Assembly: GCF_000143415.4 (NCBI RefSeq)
Contig: NW_003314302.1
Span: 1,119,820-1,183,819, forward strand
DNA length: 64,000 bases
Origin: Selaginella moellendorffii
Taxonomy: Eukaryota > Plantae > Lycopodiophyta
Reading direction: 5' to 3'
Below the pieces are notes generated by a model. It did not search any database, was not told the DNA's origin, and saw only the letters and a list, made by a program, of their open reading frames with translations. Below, in pieces: positions 11,870 through 23,304 of this stretch (position 1 is the stretch's first letter; every line of letters starts with the position of its first letter). The position numbers and the translations under genes were made by a program.

Positions 11870-14800
11870 TTTAGTCGATTACAACTTGGTATCGGAACTG
11901 TTCCTTAGTCTGACTTTTATTGGTGCTCAAGTATATCACCATTAATGTTGGCATTGGAAGGTCCTAGGAGTGGGCCTATCCTTGAGGAGTAGCATGTCGA
12001 GAGGACATGGCTCTCCACTTAAGTTCATGCGTGAACTTGGGCACGATGTGGTGGATAGAAAAGGGCCAATAATAGAACGACTTTGGGATCTTGGGAACAG
12101 TATAAAGTTTCCTCAGAGAGTTGAGGATGTGATCCAGATGAGCGTTTGACGCAGCAAACGGGCTAACGTAGTTGTGGTAAACAACTATAATTGGGATCAC
12201 GGGAAAGATGTAGACTCCAAAATAATAAAGGAGTCACAAAATTACCCTCATATAGTTGAGGCCGGTGCTCATAACTTTGAGACCGGAATTGATGACCATG
12301 GGAGGTCAAATATAGGAGAGGACACAAATCCTCGAAATGGTAGCTGAGGTTACCCTTGATAAATGCTGGAACAACCCAAGGAGTTGGGGATGTACTTAGA
12401 GGATGAGTTGGTATTCTCATCACATGGACAAGTGGTCCTAAGAGGCAAAAGGTTGCCCCAAGAGAACAAATCAAGTGTCGGAGTAACACTTGCAAAGATG
12501 GTCCTTGTGAGTAGGACCTGAATACAAGAAGTTGTATTCCAGTGAGCTGGCACCTCAAAGGTAGGACCTCATGGGTCATCGGATGACAAAGTCCAAAAAG
12601 CTGGATGACTCCAATAGAGTCAAGGAATAATCCTAAAGGATTGATGGAAGCATTTGGACTGAGGTGTGTGGTACCCCACGAAGGATGGGGGGGATCATAG
12701 GATCCAAGGATGACAACAGAGGGTATCTCATCGATGGCAAAATGTGCCATGCTAAAGTCGTGGGAAGGGTGTTCCCAAAAGAAAACAACTTTGAAACAAA
12801 GTTGTGTGTGACCTCTATAGTGCAGTGCTAATGGATGGTTGGCATGAAAAGAGTGGTAATGGGCTTGGCAAAGACGTAGACACAAAAAAGAAGTGTCATA
12901 GAGGTAGGCTCGTGGAGCCGATGGTGTGGAGACACCAAATGTGCCAAGGTGTGATACCTTGAGGCTATGTTGGTGGGTTCATGAGAACCCCTTGCCAAAG
13001 GAATCCCAATGGAAATGGGAATAGCATAGCCTAAGTTACAGAGCATGCGGTTGGAGTGTGGTGACCCAGATAATGATGGAGGTGTGGAAGCACCAGTAAT
13101 GAGTTGTAGGACTTGACAACTATGAGGCAACTAAGAAAGAGGTGCAAAATAATTGGTTAAACGGGTAGAAGGTAGCTACCCAAGCCTTCTTAATGGCATA
13201 AGGAAGTTGGATATACCCTTACGGGGGATAAGTTGTTTGTTGCGATATAGTAAGTCAATGTCATGAAAGGAAATACTCATTGTCAAGGAAGCCGTCATTG
13301 GGACACCCGAACACTCTAGAACACCAGGAGGTGGTGTTTGATGTCGCGAGGGCAATAGATAAGGCCCAAGGGACTAAGTCCCTAGCGAATGATGGATAGA
13401 AGGTGCTATCCAAATGTCCAAGGTGTCGGAGACAGGAGAAGACTATCTACTCGAATTGGACAAAGCCAAAAATGGAATTTTGGCAAGGCTAGCGATGGGC
13501 ATGTAAAGGCCCATAAGCAACAACGTAATCTCGGTGTGTGGGATTATAGGGTGAGCATACCTAGATTGAGGAACCACTCCCTAGGCTATCGGGTAGGTTC
13601 ATCCCTAAAAATACTTGCTAAGGCATGATAGAAAGTGCAAAGCTATCCTCCTGGTCTGGAGGAGAATGACCGAAGGAAAGGTGTGAAGCCAAAAGCAAGA
13701 AGTAAGGGGATAGAACCGAACCATAGGAATCGAAGGGCATAACTAAGGTTGGTTATGCCAGCTGGGAGTGGAGAATCAAGTGGGGGCTCGAGGGTGTTGT
13801 CGCTAGCAACCATGATGCCATGGAGAGTCTAAAATATGGAATTGTCCATGTTAGATTATATGGTAATTGGAAAGCTTGCAAAAAGGGAAGCCTTAGCAGC
13901 TAAGGGACAGAGTTCCTTCAAGGTTCCCAAAGACGATTCTAGATAGCTTAGTACCTAGAAGGGCCAAGTGTAAATGGTTCATAGAACGCGTGAAACCAGA
14001 GTGGCGCAGCAGAAGCGTGGTCTTGAAGCTTGCCATGAGGCAAGGCTATCAAGGTTCAGGAAGTAGTTCCCGAGTGTTCAAAAAGAGGGCTTTGAACGAA
14101 AGTTGATGGTCAAGGACTTTCACACTTCAGGAACCATGTTACATTGGTCGGAGGACTTGCCAAGCAAGATTGGCAAGTCGGGGGAACAAATACCCTAGTT
14201 GAAGGTGATAACTTCAAAAGGGTGGGCCATGGGGCCAAACATGGAGGAGTCCATGCATGATCACAGATGTGTCAAGTGAGAGGACTTGGCAGTGTGGAGG
14301 AACTAGGTTCCTAAGCTGTGATCTATAGCGTGCTTTGAGTATAAGTTGGTGCATCGGCATGGGGAGTCACGCCAGGCATCCTAGGTGATGCCATCCGTAG
14401 ATGCATATACGGAGGTTGGGTTTGAGTCCCGACCCTCTAGTGCTTGGGTTCGAGTCCCAAATCACTAGGGCGTGGTGATGGTTTGGAATATGAGGACACT
14501 CATATTTCAGTGGTCATGGACTCTCAGTGAGGAGACTGGTTTGGGCACACCGCCAAGCGAGGGATGCCTCGGAATTGTGATGCACGGTTAGATTGCTTAG
14601 AGTGAAAGCTCGGCATATCTAACTTGAACACTTTGGTGTGAAAGGCACCAAGGACGTGGTGAATGAGATAGGGACACCCATTCTCAGTTGCTATGGATCC
14701 TTGGCCGGAAGGGCTAGCTTGGGCGCACCGCTAAGTGTGAGGGATGCCCCCGGGGTCATAGTCAACAACTTAGTAAGGTTTGGAAGACCTAATTCCTATT

Positions 14801-17071
14801 GGTAGACCTATTAAGGGGTCAAGATGAGATCACTAGGTGATCTTATGGCTAAACAAGAACAAAATCTTTGTTTGGGTTAAGGAATATGATTCCTAGTTCA
14901 AAGTGTTGATTTGAACTATTGATAAAGGTGTGGCTTGGTCAAGGTGACTAAGTGGGAAGGACACCTAAGGGAAATGAACTACTACAATACAATGGTATTA
15001 TGAGTTCAAGAAAATAGTCTCCAGAGACAGGCCCATGGGTGGGTCACAAGGTTGGGTTAGGAAGAGAGCCTAGAACAGTTGGGGAGACTTACTAGGGGTG
15101 AACACCCTAGTCTGGGCAAAGCAGATCCTTTGCTATGGAACCAAGAGAATACCTCCAGGAGGGAGGTAATGATCCTATGTTGCTTGGTGCAACAATCCAA
15201 AGATAGGAGCAAAAGACGAGTGCCCAAGGTAGGGCCATGGAATCCATTGGAAAGAATCCAAGTGGCAAAGTTAGCCAAGGAACACTAATGTGTTTGATGC
15301 TAACGGATTGCGGAAAAAGAAGTGGACTTCCAAGGATGGATTCCCAAGTGCTCCAATTTGGCAAAGGAAAGGCTCCAAGTGAGGGAGCAACTAAGTAGCC
15401 AAAAGATAGAGCCGTGGACAGCCCTAGCACAAATAATGATCAATGGAACGTAATGCCAATGGTGGCACAAAAATAGAAAAGAGGATGAGGGTGCCCTCGA
15501 GTAGAGAACTTCCTAGGAGGGGAAGTGGAGTTGCACAAAATGTGCAAGGCAAGGTGTCGGAGACACCTAGGAAATTGACTCCAAAAAGTCAAGAGTAAAC
15601 GTTCCAAAGTACGAAGGTAGATCAATGGAATCTGTGACTACTCAAGAATGAGTAGTGGAATTGAGTTAGAGAGGGTGTCTCTAACGAGTTTAGTGAGAAC
15701 TGAACCAATAAAAAGGAGCAAACCACCCAGGTGGTCAAGTGAGTCTCTAAGTTGGAGAGACTATCCTCCTTAGAGGATGGGCAAGGCATGGTGAGCCTTT
15801 GGTGTCGAACCATTGACGAATATGGAGAAGGCATGGTGAGCCTTCAATGTCAAACCATTGACAAATATTGGCTAGGGGCCAAGGATGGAAATGGTAACAC
15901 ATGTGGGTGCTACTTTATAAAATGGTTTACTGTTCAATGAGGACATCGAACTTCGTCTATGGGTGGTGGAGTTGTGAGACACAAAATCCCTAGGCCCCAA
16001 AGTGGAGCCGGAAGGGTGCCACGTGGTAGTGGCCGAAGCGAAAGCCCAAACGAGTGTAACACATTTGGACTAAAAGCTCTGACTTGGAAGGTCGAGAGCG
16101 GGAGTGGAACTCCCAACAAAGTGCTCAAGGAGTGAGCACGAAGCGAGCAATAAGCAAGGCTCCAAAAAGGGACCCAAAAAGGACCAACACATGACACGTG
16201 GAAGTGTCCGAGATGGAGTCCGAGGCGGACCCTAGTTGGAGTCCGAGATGGACCCGAAGTGGAGTCCGACATGGAGTCCGAAGTGAAGTCCGAGATAGAG
16301 TCCGATATGGAGTCCGAGATGGACCCGAAGTGGAGTCCGAGATGGAGTTCGATATGGAGTCCGAGATGGACCCGAAGTGGAGTCCAAGATGGAGTCCGAG
16401 ATGGACCCGACATGGAGTCCGAGATGGAGTCCGAGATGGAGTCCAAGGTGGACCGAAACGGAGTCCGAGATGGACCCGAGATGGAGTCCGAGATGGACCA
16501 AGACGGAGTCCAAGATGGAGTCCAAGATGGACCAAGACGGAGTCCGAGATGGAGTCCGAGATGGAGTCCGAGAAGGACCAGAGATGGAGTCCGAGGTCGA
16601 GATCGAGACCGGGACCGAGACCGAGACCGAGACCGGGACCGGGACCGAGACCGAGACCGAGGCCAAGGCTGAGACCGAGCCCGAGTCCGAGTCCGAGTCC
16701 GAGTCCAAGTCCGAGTCCGAGTCCGAGTCCGAGTCCGAGTCTGAGTCCGAGTCCGAGTCCGAGTCCGAGTCCGAGTTCGAGTCTGAGAGGGTGAAAGCCC
16801 AAAGCGTTCGTCTCCCAGACCCTGGGGGGTTTGGTGAGCTCCAAAAGTATAGTAGGGGGAGGACTGCAGTGGAGCTAGTTTGGCCAGAAAGGGGGAGCAC
16901 ACGTGGAGCACTTGGACCAGGTGCAAGTGTTGAGTGGCATGGATGCCATTCTTGGGGCTAACAAGTCCCAAGTCCTGAATTGGACTGATGGAGGTTGTGA
17001 ATGAGACTCCTCCAAGTGGTCGGAGGTGTGGTTAAGTGACTAAAGTAGAATGGAAAATTTAGTCGTTTACA
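11870..17071 (+). mobile_element. Non-autonomous (LARD-like) LTR element; 5' LTR mostly lost in the gap, 3' LTR 15973-17071
   Basis: TTTAGTCGATTACA (ends 11883) followed by PBS TGGTATCGGA matches TTTAGTCGTTTACA ending at 17071. A purine-rich tract GGGTGGTGGAG precedes TGTGAGAC at 15973. No RT or integrase motifs recognised internally. Confidence 0.75.
16205..16786. repeat. Tandem array inside the LTR: 12-mer GATGGAGTCCGA / GATGGACCCGA units grading into (GAGACC)n and (GAGTCC)n hexamers
   Basis: Seen directly. It explains the overlapping SD/ES/RT/LG-repeat ORFs in several frames. Confidence 0.95.
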
Positions 17072-18089
17072 CTTTTATATCGAGATAATACATATATAAG
17101 AAGCGGCTCACCACTTGAATGAAGTTGTAGATCACATATACATATTGTGTTTCCTCCGAGGAAGCAATTAAATTCCAAATTCCAGAGTCTAGAATGCTAT
17201 ATAATTTGCATGTAGCTAAAAATTCCCTTTACAAACCCATATTTTAAAAATAAACATTCTAAAATTGAGTACCTCCTACAATCCCACAAGGCACTTGGCT
17301 AGAAGTCTATGTTTGAATGCCTGGATTTAGCCACAAAGAAGGTTTAAGAAGCAAAGAAGCCAAGTGCTAATACCTACTAAAATAGTAAAAGGGACTTTGA
17401 AAATTTAATGGCTAATTGAAGTCTTTTTGCACATCTATTCCTCAAGCAATAAAGCATTTTATTAGAATAGACCAAGTACCTAAAGCACTAAGCTATACAA
17501 GGCACTCAAATCCTAGAAAGGAAAGTGATTAAATTCTACTCTATCAAGATAAAAATAAACCTGGTTCACTACTCTCTTCACCCATCTTTACATCACCTAG
17601 AACTTTGCTGTTGCAAAGAGATATCGTTTGGTGATGATGTGGTTAAAGAAATAACCCTTTTACCATCCCCCAATCCCCAAGTTGCATTTTAAGCACATAG
17701 CCTCCTCTTCCACATGGCTCCAATGCCATCGCCAGCCCTGCCACTTGCGATCCCCTCTCCTTGTCCCTACTAGTCAGTGGCAAGCTTGCTTCTCCACAAA
17801 CCTTGGAGCTCATGGGCATCCATCTGGGCAGTGCCTCCTCTCCTGCTTCCCTTGGAAACTTTGTGGCTGGGAAGAGCTGTGGTAAAAGGAGAGTTTTTTT
17901 TATCCCTCCCGGGCTATGCAAACAGAAAAATGTCACTCACACCTCCTCCCCTGCCCCAGGCCATGCTACACACCCACTGGCCAGCCCAAACCTTGCAAAA
18001 ATATTTCAGAAGGACATGTGGTAAGAACCGAGATTTACTGGGTTACCTAGTGCCAACTGGCCAAATCCAGGAGCCCACAAAGTTTGGCA

Positions 18090-18111
18090 ATTACTCCTTA
18101 TAGTAGTAGAT
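18090..18111 (-). mobile_element. Putative Helitron 5' terminus (A|TCTACTACTATAA)
   Basis: Minus strand reads a|TCTACTACTATAAGG starting at 18110, resembling plant Helitron 5' ends. The matching 3' CTAG end was not identified. Confidence 0.45.
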
Positions 18112-18447
18112 TAAGTATTATTTTATTTCAATTTTGTCCTTTATTATTATATTACTATTAGATATTTTAAAATATTAGTCCTCAACTAGCTTTCATACAT
18201 GGCAAATCCAATCTAGAAACTCTTATTAGAAGAACATTATAAAACATACTCAAGGCATTTGGATATATCTAAAAATTGCAAACAAGCAAAATTAATCTAA
18301 AATAAGTTTGAAGAAACTATTTTCATATCAGATATGCTAATCTATCAAACAAACCAAAACGTAGGTATTTCTAGCAATTTTAACAAAGTAAGTATTTTAA
18401 ATAAAAGTCAATAAAAATATTTAAAATATATAATCAGATGAGCCACC

Positions 18448-20073
18448 TTAACACTTGTCAGGAGCTATGCCTCTATTCAAGCTATTGGAGAGCAATACAT
18501 AAGACACGCCTTGAGATGGATCTATCTTCGAGATGTGCTGTGCCGCTCGCCGTGCCCTTCCCAGATCCTTGTGTGTCTCAGACGCACTGAGAAGACTCGA
18601 CCAGGTTGCAACATCGGGCAAGAAAGGCATCGTGTGGAGAAGCTCCTCTGCCTCATGCAAGCAATTTGATCGCCCAAGAACATCAACAATGCACGAGAAG
18701 TGCTCCACCCATGGTGCAAGATTGTAATCTGCCACCATGGATTGGAAGCACCACTGCGAGATTTCAACCAGGCCCGAGTGGCTACACCCGTTGAGAATGG
18801 AGATGAACGCGTTCTCATCGCACTTGATCCCCTCCACCGCCATAGCCGCGAGCGTTTGCATCGCCTCGCAGCAATGCCCAGCGTGGGCATATGCCGCGAG
18901 CATCACAGTCCATGCCACAGCATCGCGATTAGACATGCGATCAAAAATATATTTCGATAGCTCTACTTCGCCTGCATGTGCGTAGCCTGAGAGCATAGCA
19001 GTAAGCGCTACTAGATCAATCTCTGGCATCCTCAAAAAGAGAGCTTTTGAACTTTCTAAATGCCCGGAATGGGCAAATGCTACAAGAAGTGAAGTTAGAC
19101 ACTTGAGTGTGTGTTGAGGCATTTTGTTCAGCGTCTCAATGCTTTTCTCCATTAGCCCTAAATCGAAATAGCAGTTGACGAGTCCCGTCCACGTCACAAT
19201 ATCTCTTTGTTTCATTCCATCAAACGCAACCTTTGCTGCACCAACTTGCCCGTTGTACGCAAATGCCACGATCATGGCATTCCACGTCACCACATTTCGC
19301 TGCGGAATCCTGGAGAAAATCTCCACCGCTTGCTCCTGCTGGCCATTCTGGGAGAATGCTAGAATCATGGCCGTCCATGAGAAGACAGTCCTTTCCGGCA
19401 TCCCATGGAACATGACCCTCGCCTCTTCCAGATTCCCTACCAGAATGAGTCCGGCTATGGCGGCATTCCATGACGGGGAATCCCAGCCGGGCATTCGATG
19501 GAAGACGTCCATGGAGGCTTTGATCTGGTCCGTCGATCCCGCCATCCCAGCCAAGATCGACGTCCAGGAAACAAGGTCGCGTTCCGGCATGGAATCAAAC
19601 AGGCTCTTGGCTTGGAAAAGATGCCCAGCTTGGGCATGTGCCGTGACGATGCTCGACCAAGATCGGACGGTCGTGCTGGGCATTTTTATGAAAATGTTGG
19701 CTGCCTCATCACAGAATCCATGCTGTGTGTACGTGGCGCTCAGGGCATTCCATGAAATCTCGTTTCTCTGTGGCATTTCAATGAAGATTTTTCGAGCTTC
19801 CTGGAGATACCCATTGTGGGTATAAGCCGTGAGGAGCGTGTTCCACGCGTAGAGATTTGGAAATGGGAGGGTGGCGAAAACTTTCTGGGCGTCGCAGACG
19901 CTGCCACACTTTCCATACATATCTATGATCCCGCACGCTAGAAAACTGTTGGTTTTGAGATCGCTGGCTGCAAGAATTTGGGAGTGGACTCTTTTGCCAG
20001 TGGGAAGATCTCGAGCTTTGGTGACGCGTTTTAGCAAATCTGAATAGAAATCCACGTGTGGATTTCGTCCCAT
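18448..20073 (-). CDS. PLS-class PPR protein with tandem short (about 31 aa) motifs and a C-terminal E domain, no DYW; likely organellar RNA-editing factor
   Basis: Intronless 541-aa ORF; repeats MP.R..VSW.A.I.A.AQ.G; terminal EHFSCIVDVLGRS..L.EAEELL.TMPF.PD..TW.SLL.A...H...YVLLSN. Confidence 0.95.
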   Translation of the reverse strand: MGRNPHVDFYSDLLKRVTKARDLPTGKRVHSQILAASDLKTNSFLACGIIDMYGKCGSVCDAQKVFATLPFPNLYAWNTLLTAYTHNGYLQEARKIFIEMPQRNEISWNALSATYTQHGFCDEAANIFIKMPSTTVRSWSSIVTAHAQAGHLFQAKSLFDSMPERDLVSWTSILAGMAGSTDQIKASMDVFHRMPGWDSPSWNAAIAGLILVGNLEEARVMFHGMPERTVFSWTAMILAFSQNGQQEQAVEIFSRIPQRNVVTWNAMIVAFAYNGQVGAAKVAFDGMKQRDIVTWTGLVNCYFDLGLMEKSIETLNKMPQHTLKCLTSLLVAFAHSGHLESSKALFLRMPEIDLVALTAMLSGYAHAGEVELSKYIFDRMSNRDAVAWTVMLAAYAHAGHCCEAMQTLAAMAVEGIKCDENAFISILNGCSHSGLVEISQWCFQSMVADYNLAPWVEHFSCIVDVLGRSNCLHEAEELLHTMPFLPDVATWSSLLSASETHKDLGRARRAAQHISKIDPSQGVSYVLLSNSLNRGIAPDKC

Positions 20074-20157
20074 GGATCCCTACCAATAGACCCATCACAC
20101 GTCTTGAAGATAACTATGAAATCTGGAGTAAATTATCATAAAACCAAACTTTGCAAT

Positions 20158-20919
20158 TTAAAAGCCTCCTCGTTTCTGGAGGTAAATCCTCACAACATTC
20201 CTTGGCGTCTTGGGCTTGTTTTTAATCGCACCTTTGACAGCCTGCACAAAACTTATGTTTTATCTCCGAGATATCTTTTTTCTTTTTGGTAGCTTACCAC
20301 TTGCATCAACTTTTCAAATGTGTCCTGACCATTGTTCTCGATGAATTTTATTGCAGCTTCTTGGGTTCTTGGCTTCATCATGTCCAGTGTGGCTTGCTCC
20401 AAATTCTCCCATCTCACTTCATCCTTAAGCTCTTCGCCTAAACGATTTCTTCCACAAATGTGTTTGAGATAAATGAATCTTGCGCCTTGGAAAGGAGGGA
20501 ACAATAGCCAGCAACAAGCTACAAACTTTATCATTTCTAGCAATGGGACTGGCAACCTTGGAAAATAAAAATTCAAAAGATAAACGAAATGTTATAAAGC
20601 TTGCTCGTACCAGGGAAAGTTTAGAATGAGCACTGTTTGCACAAAACTTAGAGATGAGTACAAGGACCAATACGTGAGCCATGGATGATCGTCTTCTTGG
20701 AAAGGGCTCTCAAGTGCTTGAAGAGAAGCATACCTGAATGCATCAAAGCAATCACTCAAAGCAATGTTTTTGAGAGGACTCGTTCAACTTACGCAGGATA
20801 AACTAGAGTGATGGAGGGCCTGATCTTGACAATAAAGTTAGATAAGCTATATGTGCACCAGATTTGGAATACCTGACTAGCGGTTGAAGTTGTGTCAAGA
20901 ACATTCCAATGAAGCTCAT
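20158..20919 (-). CDS. HVA22-like (TB2/DP1/HVA22) protein, 5 exons
   Basis: Spliced: [51 protein letters not shown]...KFVACCWLLFPPFQGARFIY. Exons 20919-20873, 20819-20793, 20733-20611, 20556-20298, 20241-20158, all with GT-AG introns. Confidence 0.88.
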
Positions 20920-22078
20920 GATCTTGGTTGTGCTGGCTCTCCTCCTGCAACACATCGCTTTGCTCAACAAGACACTGAAAGGTTGAAAGAAATGAATTGG
21001 ATAGCATCTTGCGTCTGGACAATACTTAGCTTCAAAGTACCAAGGAGTGCTATTTGTGTTTGGTATTATTAATAATATTAATTCTTATATTATTTGGTTT
21101 TACTTTAGCGATAGGTGTCCCTTTCTAGCCTTCTAAATATTCCCTGATTTTGTAAAACTATTTTTGGCTGGCCACCCAAAACAGCAACGCAACAAGCAGG
21201 TGGAGTGTCACTGTTTCTGGAAGAGTTCTTCTCTCAAGCAATTAATTCCTGCCAAAGGGCATCTCACTTCAGCGACACTTCCAAACATTTGCAAAATCAC
21301 CAGAGATATCTTCTCACTTCTATGTTAGTTGAGAGATGATTGATTGAGGCCTTTGGCTTGTGAAGAGAAAAATAAAATAAACATTCTGGCTTCCATGTGC
21401 ATCATGTTCAGCTTGCCAGGAGGTACTTTAGTTACACCTACTAGAGGAAAAAAAGAGAAGCCAACTAGAATATCTTATAATAGTGTGCAATATCTATGGT
21501 TTTTGTTGAGTTGTTCCTTTCCTCCATGATCCATTTCTAACGAATCTTTTTCTTAAAAACACTATTACAGAAGAATAATATTGATAAATTAATTTCATTG
21601 CATATCTTCCAAGTCACACCATAAAAAAAGACTGTTTTTTTCTCTTAAGGCTGTAGAATGGCAGGCTCACACCAAGAAATGGATCCCACGCAAACCCTGC
21701 ACTTGCCAATCCCAGAAAGCATCATACAAAGTGTTTCCTTCACGCTCAAAAAATTGTCATGCTGGTTTTGGATTGAAATTCTTTTGGAGTGACTAATTAG
21801 GATAACTTCTGCCAATTGCCACATGCATGCCTGTCATGGAAGCTTTGATCCCTTCAGCCTAAACATCAGAAAGAATAAATGTAGGCTAGATAGAAACTTT
21901 AAGAAAGAAAAACAAAGAAGAAGGATTTCCAACGGGCTATTCCAGTTATTTAAGCCACACATTCACACACACACACCTAGGTATTGAGCAAGAAGTTTTC
22001 TTTCTAGCAGCTTACTAGCATTGATCTGTTCTCTGGTTGTTTTGGAAAGGTTTCTTTCTTCCAAGTTTTTCTCCTCCA

Positions 22079-23304
22079 ATGGCTCAGCAGAAGAGGCCTG
22101 CGCTCTGGAGAACACAGCCCAAAGTGATCACGTCTCCAAGAACAGCTTCTTTTTCTTCTTTTTCTTCTTCTTCTTCTTCTTCTTCTTCTTCTTCTTCTCC
22201 AGCTCTCAAAAGGCCTCCGATGCTACTGCTCAAAAAGTCCGACCACATCTTGTCCGAGAACATCGTTCCCAAGAGTCCGGAGCAGGATCAAGCCGGAGGA
22301 TCATTGTTCAATAAAATCAAGAGCTCGCCCAAGAAGAAGAAGGCGAAGAAACTCTCGCCCACGAGTCCAACCATCAGTATCCTCGTCGAGAGGCAGCATT
22401 TCGTGGATAGAGCTCCATCTTTGCGGGAATTGCAAGAACAAAGAAAGGCAAAGATATCACACTATGGTCGACGTATCGGCTCCGCCAAGTCCGTTCCGGA
22501 AAAGCCCCTCTTCTCTCCAACGCCAGCTTCGAAGAAGAGATGTGGATGGATCACTCCACAGAGCGGTACGAATCTCTCAAAGCATATTTTCCTCCCAAGT
22601 AACAAGTTTCTTTTGTGTGAAGATCCAGTCAATGTTGCTTACCATGACCATGAATGGGGAGTTCCTGTTCATAATGATAAGTAAGAACCATTTTGTCTAT
22701 TTTTTAAAATGTGACTTATTTAAATTGCTTCCAGGCTGCTGTTTGAGCTGCTCACACTTGCTAGTGCACAATCTGAGCTTAGTTGGTCTGGTATATTGGC
22801 AAAACGTGATCTCTACAGGTAGAAATCAAACTATATGTTAATATTGTATTTTAGTATTAAATTTGATCTATTCTTTGTAGAACTGCATTCTCCGGGTTTG
22901 ATCCATCAATCCTTTCAACTTACGATGCAGCACGGATAGCAGAAACCCGATCAAGTGTTGACATTCTCCAGCAAGATGGCAAAGTGGAGAGTGTGATCGA
23001 GAATGCAAGGAGGGTTCTCCAAATCTCCCATGAGTTTGGCAGCTTTGATCAATACATATGGAGCTTTGTAAACAACAAGCCAATTGTAACAAGCTTTCGG
23101 ATGTCGTCCCAAGTTCCCATCAAGAGCTCAAGGTCAGAGGTAATGAGCAAAGATTTAATCCAGAAAGGATTCCGAGGTGTGGCTCCAGCGATTGTCTACT
23201 CTTTCATGCAAGCATCTGGGCTGACAAATGATCATATTGTGCATTGCTTTCGCCACAAAGAAGTTCATTCACACCACTCCAACTCAATGCTACACTCAAT
23301 TTGA
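22079..23304 (+). CDS. DNA-3-methyladenine glycosylase I (TAG family), 4 exons
   Basis: KRCGWIT..DP..AYHDHEWGVPVHNDK.LFELL.L..AQ.ELSW..IL.KR...YSFMQASGLTNDH...CFRH. Exons 22079-22565, 22623-22680, 22735-22818, 22881-23304; poly-Ser N-terminus from a (TTC)n tract. Confidence 0.93.

Noticed and set aside
16205-16786. CRISPR-like regular repeat
   Set aside because: No unique spacers, no cas genes, eukaryotic context.
15934-16971. Overlapping 137-345 aa ORFs with SD, ES, RT/RS and LG repeats (resembling SD-repeat adhesins or SR proteins)
   Set aside because: By-product of a stop-free 6/12-bp tandem array inside an LTR; open in several frames on both strands.
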